The position numbers were made by a program, and so were the translations under genes. This document shows positions 45,563 through 54,920 of a DNA stretch of 64,000 bases, piece by piece (positions within the stretch are counted from its first letter, which is position 1; every line of letters starts with the position of its first letter). The DNA comes from an uncultured Actinomycetota bacterium. Lineage in GTDB: Bacteria; Actinomycetota; Actinomycetes; Propionibacteriales; Propionibacteriaceae. Below the pieces are notes generated by a model. That model had not been told where the DNA came from. It searched no databases and saw only the letters and a program-made list of their open reading frames with translations. The stretch spans positions 39,639-103,638 of the forward strand of contig CAWHQB010000036.1 of assembly GCA_963831315.1 (NCBI GenBank), written 5' to 3'.

Positions 45563-46486
45563 ATGCGCTGGGGTTTGCTCATGGACGACATCCGGATGAC
45601 CCGCAACCTGTTGGACCAGGGCTACGACTACGACGACCTTCGGCGACTGCAACGAGGAGGTGAACTCATCCGGGTGAGGCGTGGAGCGTACGCCCTCGAG
45701 GACAAACCTGATCAGCTGATTGAGCAGCGACATCGACGGCTGGTGCTGGGGACAGCGCCGCAGCTCAAGGACGGCGCCATCTTCAGTCATGGGTCGGCCG
45801 CGGTACTGCATGGGTTGCCGGTCTGGCCAGTGGCGGTGGCGAGGGTGCACGTGACTCGCAACCGGCGAGGAAACGGGATCAAGCGCACTGTCGTCCAAGT
45901 GCATGGGGCTCCCCTGGATGCCCACGAAATCCTCTTGATCGACAACATGCCCGTGACGTCGCTGGCGCGTACCGTGCTCGACCTGGCCCGTACCTGGCCG
46001 ATGACACAGGCGGTGGCGGCGGGTGATCGCGCACTGACGCTGGGTCTGACAAGAGCAGAGCTCGATGCTGGCCTGGTTGCCATGGAACGCTGGCCCGGCG
46101 TCCGCGCGGCACGCCGGGTCGTGGAGTTCCTCGACGTCCGCAGTGAAAGTGTCGGTGAGTCGGTGAGCCGGGTACGGCTCATGGAAGAAGGGCTGCCCGC
46201 TCCTGAGCCGCAACACGAGATCTATGGGTCAGCCGGCCAGCTCATCGCCCGCGTCGACTTCTTCTGGGAAGAGCGCCAGACGGTCGGCGAGTTCGACGGG
46301 AAGATCAAGTACGGTCGACTGCTGAAGCCCGGGCAGCGGATCGAGGATGTGATCTTCGAGGAGAAGCTTCGCGAGGACGCGGTACGCGATCTCGGCTTGC
46401 AGGTTGTCCGCTGGATTTGGCGAGACCTCTATCGCGCTGGCGTCCTTCGCGAACGGGTGCTCCGAGCCTTTGCGCGTGCATCTTGA
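45563..46486 (+). CDS. AbiEi_4 / DUF559-like protein (N-terminal wHTH, C-terminal restriction-endonuclease-like fold)
   Basis: LRRLQRGGELIRVRRGAY..., FSHGSAAVLHGLP, and C-terminal ESVGESVSRVRLMEEGLPAPEPQHEI...ARVDFFWEERQTVGEFDGKIKY. Start uncertain (several Met codons). Confidence 0.7.
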   Translation: MRWGLLMDDIRMTRNLLDQGYDYDDLRRLQRGGELIRVRRGAYALEDKPDQLIEQRHRRLVLGTAPQLKDGAIFSHGSAAVLHGLPVWPVAVARVHVTRNRRGNGIKRTVVQVHGAPLDAHEILLIDNMPVTSLARTVLDLARTWPMTQAVAAGDRALTLGLTRAELDAGLVAMERWPGVRAARRVVEFLDVRSESVGESVSRVRLMEEGLPAPEPQHEIYGSAGQLIARVDFFWEERQTVGEFDGKIKYGRLLKPGQRIEDVIFEEKLREDAVRDLGLQVVRWIWRDLYRAGVLRERVLRAFARAS

Positions 46487-46489
46487 CGT

Positions 46490-46561
46490 CACTCCGCATC
46501 AATAACTCGGACCTGGCATCATCCGCAGCTGATTCCACGTCCGAGTAGGTGACGCGGAGTT
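46490..46561. repeat. extragenic nested palindrome, family P2, copy 3 (more degenerate)
   Basis: CACTCCGCATCAATAACTCGGAC / CTGGCATCATCCGCAGCTGATTCCAC / GTCCGAGTAGGTGACGCGGAGTT. Starts 4 nt after the AbiEi/DUF559-like stop. Confidence 0.8.
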
Positions 46562-46587
46562 GCAGCGAGGCTGGCTGTGTCGCCGCC

Positions 46588-47577
46588 TCAGATCTGAAAA
46601 TCGGTCGAATCCTCTTCGCCGTGTTCCAAGACGAAGCCGAGGACTTCGGAGAGTGAGGCGGTGGCCAGCGCGACGCAACTGTCAGCCGCGCCGTAGTAGA
46701 CCCGCAGCTCGTCCGACTCTGGCCGGTGAATCATTCCGCAGGGAAACACGACTCCCGGTACGTCTCCCATGAGTTCGTATTCCTCCCGCGGACCGAGGAC
46801 CCACTCGGCGCAGCGTCGCCGGACGCGGGTCGGCTCTTCAAGATCAAGAAGTGCTAGGCCGGCGCGGTAGAGCGCACCTGAGGCGGTCTCGCGTACGCCG
46901 TGATAGATCAGGAGCCAGCCTTCTGGGGTTTCGATCGGCGGCGGCCCGATCCCAATTCTGGCCGAGTCCCACCAGCCTCCGGGCCTGGCTGCCAGCACCG
47001 GCTCCGGCGGGGCCCAGCTATGCAAGTCGCTGGAGCGCGAGAGCCAGATGTCGGCCCGGTGGGTCAGGGCTGTGACCGGGCGATGGAGCAGGACATACTC
47101 GCCACCGATGCGGCGCGGCAGCAGCGCGCCGTTCTTGTCCTCGGGAGCACGCACCATGCCGAGCCGCTCAGCCGATCGGAAGTCCTTCGTCAGTGCCAAA
47201 GAGAGCCCGGGGCCGCCAGGTCCGAACGAGGTGAATGCGATCACCCAGCTGTCAAGATCATCGACCCAGGTGAGCCGCGGGTCCTCGAGGCCCCAGGCCT
47301 CATGGCGCAGCGCCGGGTCAGGTGCGAGCAGTGGATCCTCGTCGACGACCCAGTTGGAAACGCCGTTTTGCGATCTGGCGACGGTCAGGTGACTGATTCC
47401 TCGTCGGTCCTCGACTCGGCAGAGCAGCACGGTGGTGCCATCGACCTGAGCAGCTCCAGCATTCATCACCGCGTTGGCCGCGTACGGCCAACGCTCGGGG
47501 CTGAGCAGCGGGTTGCCTCGATAGCGCTGAAAGAGCTCGCCGCTGATCTCACCGGAGGATCGTGGCATATATAGCAA
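46588..47577 (-). CDS. GH130-family glycosidase/phosphorylase-like beta-propeller (DUF377-type)
   Basis: FQRYRGNPLLSPERWPY, VMNAGA, GLEDPRLTWVDD, PEDKNGALLPRRIGGEYVLLHRP. Last gene of the operon. Confidence 0.7.
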   Translation of the reverse strand: MLYMPRSSGEISGELFQRYRGNPLLSPERWPYAANAVMNAGAAQVDGTTVLLCRVEDRRGISHLTVARSQNGVSNWVVDEDPLLAPDPALRHEAWGLEDPRLTWVDDLDSWVIAFTSFGPGGPGLSLALTKDFRSAERLGMVRAPEDKNGALLPRRIGGEYVLLHRPVTALTHRADIWLSRSSDLHSWAPPEPVLAARPGGWWDSARIGIGPPPIETPEGWLLIYHGVRETASGALYRAGLALLDLEEPTRVRRRCAEWVLGPREEYELMGDVPGVVFPCGMIHRPESDELRVYYGAADSCVALATASLSEVLGFVLEHGEEDSTDFQI

Positions 47578-48550
47578 GGTAATCGTCGATCATGCGCTCC
47601 GCGCCGAAACGGCTCTCCGCCACGCGGCGGACCTTGCTGCGATCGAGCTTGATCGCCGACTCGACCGCTGCTGCTGCCGACTCGGCGTCTGACACCAGAA
47701 AACCGGTCACGCCCTCCTCGACGATTTCTGGCATGGAGCCACGGTTGTAGGCGATCACCGGGGTGCCCGCCGCCATCGACTCGACGACGGACAGCCCGAA
47801 AGGTTCGTCGAATGCGATGGGGTGCAGCAGGGCAGCGGCAGAGGCGAGAAGGTCCGAACGCTGGTCGGGACCGACTGAGCCGAGGTAGCAGACGCGGTCG
47901 TTATCGATGAGCGGCGCCACGCGTTCACCGAAGTAGGCCGGGTCCTGGATCGGGCCCGCGATCTTCAGCCGGCGTCCAGCTCGGTTCGCGATCTCGATAG
48001 CGTCCGCTGTGCCCTTGTCGGGATGGATACGGCCGAGGATGACCAGATCCTCCCCACCGGTCGCCGAGAATGCGAAGAGGCTCAGGTCGATGCCGTGGTA
48101 AATGGTCGCGCAGTAGTTCAGCTCCGGTGTCCGATCGGCATCCGAGATCGAGACGTACGCCGAATCGGCTGCTTGATACGCCGGAAGGATCTTGCGATCA
48201 GAGAAACCGTGAATAGTCGTGAGCAGGCGGGTCCGGCAGTGTTTCGAGAAGGCCAACGGCAGCCAGTCCAGATGGTTGTGCATCAGGTCGAACTCGGATG
48301 AGCGCGACAGCGCGTGGGCAACATGCAAGCTTTCCCAGACACGACCGTCGAGACTCTCGTCCTCCTCATAACCCCGCGGAGACACCCCATCGAGGGTCGC
48401 CGCAGTCTGCGAATCGCGGGTCGCGAAGAGTGTCACATCGACACCTCGGCGTACCAGCCCATCGGCCAAGAGGCCGGTCACCTGCTCCCACGGCCCGTAG
48501 TGCTTGGGTGGGGTACGCCAGGCGATCGGCCCTAGAAGAGCGATCCTCAT
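47549..48550 (-). CDS. glycosyltransferase family 4 (GT-B)
   Basis: DEPFGLSVVESMAAGTPVIAYNRGSMPEIVEEGVTGFLV (E-x7-E region). Confidence 0.85.
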   Translation of the reverse strand: MRIALLGPIAWRTPPKHYGPWEQVTGLLADGLVRRGVDVTLFATRDSQTAATLDGVSPRGYEEDESLDGRVWESLHVAHALSRSSEFDLMHNHLDWLPLAFSKHCRTRLLTTIHGFSDRKILPAYQAADSAYVSISDADRTPELNYCATIYHGIDLSLFAFSATGGEDLVILGRIHPDKGTADAIEIANRAGRRLKIAGPIQDPAYFGERVAPLIDNDRVCYLGSVGPDQRSDLLASAAALLHPIAFDEPFGLSVVESMAAGTPVIAYNRGSMPEIVEEGVTGFLVSDAESAAAAVESAIKLDRSKVRRVAESRFGAERMIDDYLAIYATILR

Positions 48551-49617
48551 TCAGGCCGCGTAATGCAGCTCTGCAGGCCGGCGCTCTCCAGCGCGAGCAG
48601 CGCTTGCAAGTAGGCCAAGGTGGACTCGGCGCCTTCGTTGGCGTTCAGACCTGTCGGGCCGAGACCGTCGTGGCAGCCTCCACTGGCGAAGTCGTATACC
48701 GGTAGACCGCGAGTGTTCCGCCCGAGGAACCATTCGAATGAGCGCACAGCTTGACCGGCGTACTCACTACGACCGGTGTACGTCCACGCCTCGATCAGTG
48801 CCTCGGTCAGCGCCGCCGCGTCAATGGGCTGCTCGTCGCCTTCTTCGGCGTGCAGATGAGCGGGATCATCGGCCCGGCGCCAGCGATTGCTCACCAGGCG
48901 GATGGCGTCACTATCCACGGAGCACTCGTCGGCGTACCAATCCAGAGCCTCCAGACCGCGCTGCGTGACCTCGCTCTTCTCGAGGCGGGCACCTGCTGCG
49001 ATCATTGCCTGCGGCAGCCGCCCGTTGTCGTAGGTCAGGGTGTTCTCGAACCAGAGCCAGCCCTCCCGGCGGTGCTCGTCGTACCACTTGCACAGCCGGT
49101 CGGACAAGGTGTCGAGCAGTCTCTGCAGTGGCGCTGGAAGAAGACTGATATCAGGTCGGGTTAGCCCGAGGATCGTGTACGCCGCCTCGCGCGGCGTGGC
49201 GGCCCCCTCCAAGCAAGGCTGCATATCGGCGAGCATCCCCAGGCACGGCGCAGCCTCGTCGCGTACCGGCTCGTCCGCGATGACCGCGCCGAGCGCCCAG
49301 GCTGCTCTGCCGATGTGATCCCCCACGTGGGGAGCGTCCTGCCAGCGACGTCTGTAGTCCATCAAGTTGTGCATGCCGACCGGCCCGCCGTCCCAGGCAT
49401 GGAACAAGAAAGCCAGCCCTGAAGCGATAATTCGACGGTAGGGCCCGTCACTCAGCCCGTGCTCCAGAGCCAGCCCAGTGATCACCAGGCGGGCTACGTC
49501 GTCAACGCAGTAGCCGGTGGATCGGTTGGGAATGGTTCCGTAGGCGTGCTGCACGATACCGACATCGTCGACGAGGTTGAGCAGATGGCTCGGCTGGATC
49601 TGCGGTGAACTTCTCAT
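48547..49617 (-). CDS. hypothetical protein, helical-repeat (possibly alpha/alpha-toroid) enzyme-like
   Basis: 356-aa ORF with 4-nt overlaps to both flanking GT4 genes. W- and aromatic-rich helical repeats. No catalytic motif recognised. Confidence 0.6.
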   Translation of the reverse strand: MRSSPQIQPSHLLNLVDDVGIVQHAYGTIPNRSTGYCVDDVARLVITGLALEHGLSDGPYRRIIASGLAFLFHAWDGGPVGMHNLMDYRRRWQDAPHVGDHIGRAAWALGAVIADEPVRDEAAPCLGMLADMQPCLEGAATPREAAYTILGLTRPDISLLPAPLQRLLDTLSDRLCKWYDEHRREGWLWFENTLTYDNGRLPQAMIAAGARLEKSEVTQRGLEALDWYADECSVDSDAIRLVSNRWRRADDPAHLHAEEGDEQPIDAAALTEALIEAWTYTGRSEYAGQAVRSFEWFLGRNTRGLPVYDFASGGCHDGLGPTGLNANEGAESTLAYLQALLALESAGLQSCITRPE

Positions 49618-50816
49618 CGTGGTCCCGCCACCACAGCTGGTTGCCGCACTCCGTGGGCAGCTTCGGACAAGGTCTCGAGGGTTGCCTTACCCACACTCGT
49701 CCACGTGAGGTCCGCGCCCACTCGCCGAGCCGCCGCCCGCGCTCCGCCCAACTTGGCAGGCGAGCCGAGCAGCTCGAGCACGGCCGTCGCCAGCTGTGAG
49801 GTGTCCTCGAAAGGCACGAGCACGCCAGCACCCGAGCTCAGCAGGTCCTCGGCGTAGAAGTAGGGGGTCGACACGACCGGACATCCAGCGGCGACGGCGT
49901 AGGTCAGGGCTCCGGAAACGATCTGATCTCGCGATCGGTACGGCGTCACGTAGAGGTCAGTGCGAGCAAGCAGCATTGCCAGTTCATCGGTTGTCAGGAA
50001 GCGGTCAATGAACGACACATGATCACCGAGATCAAGATCATGTACCAGACTCTGCAGGCCCAGCCGGTAGCTCTCGCCCTCCTTGTTGATTACGTCGGGA
50101 TGCGTCTGGCCCGCGATCAGATAGACGACCTCCGGATGCACGGCGGTGATTGCTGGCAGGGCGCGGATAACCAGTTCGAGGCCCTTTGAGTCTGAGATGA
50201 GTCCGAACGTCGACAGCACCTTACGACCGGCGAGGCTCGGCAGACCGAGTTTCAGGGATGATCTGGTCATATCTTCCCCGACTCGGTCTGACCACGCGGC
50301 CGCAGTCAGTATGTCCGGGGTGCCGTGTGGCACCACCCTAATGCGCTCGAACTCGGCCAAACCTTGCTCGACGACCATCCGACGGGCCGTCTCGGTGAAC
50401 ACCATCACCAAACCCGCTCGTCGACACAGCGCACGCAGAGTGGCCGCTTGGCCGGGTGACGGGCTCGCCAACACGGTATGCAGGGTGACCACCATCGGCA
50501 CGGTGAGCTTGTTTGCAAGGGTGAGAACGAACTTCCCGCAATCGCCACCGAAGATGCCGTACTCGTGCTCGATCAGGACGACGTCGACATCGCGTCGACG
50601 GAGTTCCGAGGCTGCCGCGGCGTAGTCGCCGGCAACGTCTTGGCGGATCGTCGCGACGACCTCTGGTGGGTGCGCGTGGGGACCATCCCGAATGATGGAG
50701 ACGATCTCGACAGCGAGCGAGGAGTCGGTCTCCACGAGCGCCGCCCGCAGATCGGAGGAAAACACCGCTATACCGCAGGGACGCGGCTGATAGGTCGAAA
50801 CGATCGCCACACGCAT
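49614..50816 (-). CDS. glycosyltransferase family 4 (GT-B)
   Basis: MRVAIVSTYQPRPCGIA N-terminus and ...SGALTYAVAAGCPVVSTPYFYAEDLLSSGAGVLVP. First gene of the operon, with a GGGGGTAAGGAG RBS. Confidence 0.85.
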   Translation of the reverse strand: MRVAIVSTYQPRPCGIAVFSSDLRAALVETDSSLAVEIVSIIRDGPHAHPPEVVATIRQDVAGDYAAAASELRRRDVDVVLIEHEYGIFGGDCGKFVLTLANKLTVPMVVTLHTVLASPSPGQAATLRALCRRAGLVMVFTETARRMVVEQGLAEFERIRVVPHGTPDILTAAAWSDRVGEDMTRSSLKLGLPSLAGRKVLSTFGLISDSKGLELVIRALPAITAVHPEVVYLIAGQTHPDVINKEGESYRLGLQSLVHDLDLGDHVSFIDRFLTTDELAMLLARTDLYVTPYRSRDQIVSGALTYAVAAGCPVVSTPYFYAEDLLSSGAGVLVPFEDTSQLATAVLELLGSPAKLGGARAAARRVGADLTWTSVGKATLETLSEAAHGVRQPAVVAGPR

Positions 50817-50836
50817 GAGTGCTCCTTACCCCCGTG

Positions 50837-50854
50837 AGTGCGTTAAGACGCACT
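50837..50854 (-). promoter_or_regulatory. leader hairpin just upstream of the glycosyltransferase operon RBS
   Basis: AGTGCGT TAAG ACGCACT, a perfect 7-bp stem, about 20 nt upstream of start codon 50816. Confidence 0.3.
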
Positions 50855-51123
50855 ACAGCTCCTAAATAGCCTGTACAACTCCCATCAGCGTCATGTGGCG
50901 CGGCTGACCACCCGCTTTCGGCCCGACCTAGCTCAGAACAGTCCCGCAGTTTCGGCGTGGTCTGTTCACTGGCGGGCTGGTCGTCATGCAGCCCGTCCTG
51001 CAGAAGTTGGCGGGTTGTCTGACAGACGGGCTAAAAGCAGGGCAGTCAGTCACGACAGCGCATAGATTATCTCGTCTTGGCGCCTGCGCTCTCAGCGGCT
51101 CGGGTGGTTGTCGTTGGGCACCA

Positions 51124-51796
51124 ATGCGGATCGTCGGTCATCTCGCCGCGTTAGGGTCTTGGGCTGTGGCGCACATCTCCTCTCCCGAGCTGCTCGTGTT
51201 GCACGGGTTGCGGGTGAAGGGGGTGGCGGACGCGGTGGCAGTGGCCGGGCGCTTCGCTCTGGATCGTGATCTTGTGCGCGAATTGCTGCTCGACTATGGG
51301 GCCTTCGGGTGGATCAGTCGTGTGAGTTTCGCCGACATCGACGGCTGGGCATTGACTGGCGCGGGTCGCGCCGAGAACGAACGACGCCTGTCGGTCGAGC
51401 TGGACCAGACGGGGACACACTCCGAGGTGGTCGCCGCACATGAGGTGTTTATTGCCCTTAACTCGCATTTCCTGGCTGCGGTCACGAACTGGCAGATCCG
51501 GCCGGACCGAGCCGATGCATTTTGCAACGAACGATCTCACAGACTTGCGCTGGGATCAGCGTGTCCTCGATGATCTGCGCGGTCTTTAGCGTGGACTTCG
51601 GCCCGTGTGCGAGCAGCTCGCAGCTGCGTTGCAGCGCTTCACCGGGTACGCCGAACGGTACTCAGCGGCCCTGGAGCGGGTGGATCGCGGCGACCGAGCG
51701 TGGGTCGCCCAACCCAAGATCGACTCCTGCCACACGGTTTGGATGGAACTCCACGACGATCTCTTGGCCACTCTTGGCCTGGAGCGCGGCTCCTAA
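51124..51796 (+). pseudogene. actinobacterial conserved hypothetical (wHTH-like N-domain) with a frameshift and an in-frame TAG
   Basis: Frame 1 reads ...ELLVLHGLRVKGVADAVAVAGRF...NWQIRPDRAD. From about 51515, frame 2 reads MHFATNDLTDLRWDQRVLDDLRGL*RGLRPVCEQLAAALQRFTGYAERYSAALERVDRGDRAWV...SCHTVWMELHDDLLATLGLERGS. The TAG is at 51587-51589. Confidence 0.7.
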
Positions 51797-51924
51797 CGTT
51801 GGTTTCTGATGCGGGACGCGGCTGCGCGGTTCGCGCCTGCCGCCACAACAGTCCGGCTGCGTAAACGGCTGACGCACGAAGGCGGCGGCCCTGGTCGTCA
51901 TACCGCTCCGTGGCTAGTCAGTCC

Positions 51925-53481
51925 TCAGCCGAGAGCCATCCCCTCCGCGGCCGAGGATGGGGCTACGTCGGGAAGACGGCTCATTCGGAAGGAGTTCAGC
52001 AGCCCGAGCAGACCGGCGATGATCGGCACTAATAGGGCCACCTGAAGTGCCAGCGGTCTTGCCTCCGTATTGATGCGGATGATCTCAGCCTGGATCTCAG
52101 GCGGTTCATCCTCAAGGACTTGGATGAGCTGGGTATTGCTCATCAGTTCAGCATCTTCCTCGAGCGCCATGGCGACCCGCTCCTTATCGGACGGCGGCAG
52201 CACCGTGCTGTCCTGGGCCATGGTGGTGAAAGTGAAGGAAAGCGTGGCCAGCATGATGGCGCCTGCGAATGCCAAGCCGAAGGATAGCCCGAACGATCCC
52301 GCCGCGGAGTTGACTCCTGCAGCTTCGCTGACGCGTTCTTCCGAGATCGGCGCCAGCGTGTAGTTGTTGAGCTGGGACACCAGCAGGCCCAGTCCTGATC
52401 CCGCGATCACCAACGGAACCAGGAGATACCAGCCGGAGTCGGCCCGAGGCACGATCGGGATCAGCACTCCAATCCCGACGGTGAGCAGCAGAAAGCCGAT
52501 CCGAACAACCGTGCTTGGCCGCCGTCGCCCGGCTTTTCGTCCCGCAAGCATCGCGACGGCGAACATGCTGAGCGAGAGCGGGGCGATAGACAACCCCGCC
52601 TCCATGGCGTTGTATTCGAGCACCATCTGGAGGTAGATCGGCAAGGCGATCATGAGCCCGCCGAGAGCGATCTGCTGCAGCATCTGCTGGGAGATCCCGA
52701 GTTGAAAGTGCTTAGACCGGAACAAGTCTGGATCGATCAGCGTCGCTTTTTCTTGCCGCTTGCGACGGATCAGCCAGGTGGCGAAGCCAGCAAGCGCAAT
52801 CGCGCCGCTGGCCAGAATCGCCAGCACGTATTCTCCGCCCTCTTGCCAGACCAGGATGCCGAGCACGATGCCGCCCATGCCCACGATCGAGAGGAGCGCA
52901 CCCACGACGTCGACCACTCGGCTGCCCGTATAGGGCACGTCGCGCACCAGCTTGATGCCGGAGAGCACGACGATGATGATCACCAACTCCAGCAGGAACG
53001 CGATTCGCCAGGAGAAGTAGGTCGTGATGAACCCCCCTAGCAGGGGACCGACTGCGGCCGCTATCGCAGCCGCGGCACCGACGAGCGCATAGACCTGCTT
53101 CTGAGCGGCTCCTTGGAAGTTGCCATGAATGAGGGACTGCATGGAGGGCAGCAACAGTGAGGCGCCGATACCGCCGATGATGGCCCAGAAGATGACGATG
53201 GCGAACAGGCTTTGGGCAAGCGTCATGGCTGCCGCCCCAATGGCGTAACCCAGCAGTCCGAGTACGTACGCCCGCTTGCGTCCGATGAGGTCGCCGACCT
53301 TGCTACCGATCAGGATGAACGCCGCCGATACCAGCGCCTCGAGTGCGATCGCCCCCTGAACGCCGCTCACGGTCGTTCCGAGATCCCGTACGACGGCCGA
53401 GATCGACACGTTCATGATCGAGGTGTCGACCACGAGCACGAACATCGCCATCGCCAGCAGGATGGCCAGTGGTCGGTTCAT
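51925..53481 (-). CDS. MFS transporter, DHA2 (14-TMS, EmrB/QacA-like)
   Basis: Motif A GSKVGDLIGRKRAY and about 14 TM helices. The start is probably ATG 53481 (MNRPLAILLAM). Confidence 0.85.
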   Translation of the reverse strand: MNRPLAILLAMAMFVLVVDTSIMNVSISAVVRDLGTTVSGVQGAIALEALVSAAFILIGSKVGDLIGRKRAYVLGLLGYAIGAAAMTLAQSLFAIVIFWAIIGGIGASLLLPSMQSLIHGNFQGAAQKQVYALVGAAAAIAAAVGPLLGGFITTYFSWRIAFLLELVIIIVVLSGIKLVRDVPYTGSRVVDVVGALLSIVGMGGIVLGILVWQEGGEYVLAILASGAIALAGFATWLIRRKRQEKATLIDPDLFRSKHFQLGISQQMLQQIALGGLMIALPIYLQMVLEYNAMEAGLSIAPLSLSMFAVAMLAGRKAGRRRPSTVVRIGFLLLTVGIGVLIPIVPRADSGWYLLVPLVIAGSGLGLLVSQLNNYTLAPISEERVSEAAGVNSAAGSFGLSFGLAFAGAIMLATLSFTFTTMAQDSTVLPPSDKERVAMALEEDAELMSNTQLIQVLEDEPPEIQAEIIRINTEARPLALQVALLVPIIAGLLGLLNSFRMSRLPDVAPSSAAEGMALG

Positions 53482-53711
53482 GTGCGATTCTTCAGTTGCG
53501 CTCCGATGCTGGCCTTCGGTCACTGGAGCCTCACATTCAATCGCGGAGGCATGGCGGCTGGGGCCATTCCTCCTAAGAGCTTCGACAGCGCGATTTTCTC
53601 GCTAGTCTGCGCGTATCTATTCACCCTTGGCGGGTGATCAACCGACGCCCGCTGCCGCGTACCGTCACCTGTAGTCGAGTCAGACTAACCAGAATTGGAG
53701 GCAATACACCA

Positions 53712-54149
53712 ATGGCAGACACCCAGCCTGTCAGTCCCTTGGCTCATGGCACCGCCGTTTTCGCCGGTGCACTCATGATCATCGGCGGGGCTTTCCAGGC
53801 CGTAGAGGCTCTCGCGGCCATTGTGAACGACAAGTACCTCGTGGTCCTCCCGGAGTACATCTACGCCTTTGACCTCACGCTATGGGGCTGGATTCACTTG
53901 CTTATCGGCCTGGGGTTGCTGGCAATCGGCATCGCCCTGCTGCGAGGTCAGACCTGGGCTCGGATGGCCGGCATAGTCATCGCGGTGATATCGGCGATCA
54001 TCAACTTCGCCTGGCTGCCGCACTCGCCCTGGTGGGCGCTCATGGTCATCGCCATTGACGTCCTCATTATCTGGGCGCTCGCCTCGTACCTGCGCCAGCC
54101 CGACGTGCAGAGCACGCAGCAAGCAAAGACGCCCGAGACAGCGTCTTAA
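53712..54149 (+). CDS. small 4-TM membrane protein (DUF7144-like)
   Basis: MADTQPVSPLAHGTAVFAGALMIIGGAFQAVEALAAIVNDKYLV...WGWIHLLIGLGLLAIG... Confidence 0.6.
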   Translation: MADTQPVSPLAHGTAVFAGALMIIGGAFQAVEALAAIVNDKYLVVLPEYIYAFDLTLWGWIHLLIGLGLLAIGIALLRGQTWARMAGIVIAVISAIINFAWLPHSPWWALMVIAIDVLIIWALASYLRQPDVQSTQQAKTPETAS

Positions 54150-54236
54150 AGGGATGCTCCACTAGGCGAAGGAGTCGCAGATGCCGCAGGACGTCGAGCG
54201 CGGCGGACTGCGGGAGCACCCGATAATGCGGCGGCG

Positions 54237-54621
54237 GTGTACGAGATCACGCTGCGTAGTACACCGGCCCGCCGGCCTTACCGCTCGGTTTCAGTCGATG
54301 ACGTTGCATTCAATGCCGGCGGTGACAGTTCTCTTTCGTCGCGTGGTCGATCCAACAGAGATAGACGGGCTTATCGAGCGACTGCGCTCCATCGGAATCA
54401 CGCCACCGGAGATGCACGCATCGTCTCCGCACTACGAATTCTGGATTGAGGGGCGACTTGGTAAGTCGATTCTGCGATCCATGCGGTAGGCAGCTCGGTT
54501 CGAGCAGGGGCGCACGGTGGTGCGGGTCTTTGCCACGCCCGGGGATCTGCAGTTGATCTTGGAAAAACTGGCCGACAACGATATCGAGATCGACCACCTG
54601 ATCCGCCGCGAGGCCGCTTAG
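54237..54621 (+). pseudogene. tandem two-domain 'YEIRV'-motif protein, disrupted by a frameshift and an in-frame TAG
   Basis: VYEITLR (frame A) continues in frame B after about 54258: ...PAGLTARFQSMTLHSMPAVTVLFRRVVDPTEIDGLIERLRSIGITPPEMH, then HYEFWIEGRLGKSILRSMR*AARFEQGRTVVRVFATPGDLQLILEKLADNDIEIDHLIRRE. The TAG is at 54487-54489. Confidence 0.6.
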
Positions 54622-54920
54622 AGTCGGGTGGGAGTGCTTTGCCCAAAATGCGTCGGCATAACGCAGGCAGTCTTACTCTGCTGCCATGTCACTGTCGGAC
54701 ACGAGGCAGGAATCGCGCGGAGTCTCCTCCTCGCGGAGTGCGGTGTTCGGGATGTCGATGACCGCTTGGCCTAGCGACCGCACTCATCTGTGGAACGGCA
54801 CCAGCCGTCGATCAGATCCTTGTCACACGACACTGGACCTCGATGTCGCGCCTGGTCTGTACGCCAGTCTGGTGGCCTGCTTGGCATTGCTGGCGCTGAT
54901 GCGCTGGCCCGAGACCGCAT

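Noticed and set aside
51587-51589. In-frame TAG codons (51587-51589 and 54487-54489) considered as programmed recoding or pyrrolysine.
   Set aside because: Both genes also carry frameshifts. No pyl genes or recoding signals are visible, and Pyl decoding is not expected in this kind of genome. Ordinary nonsense mutations are the simpler reading.
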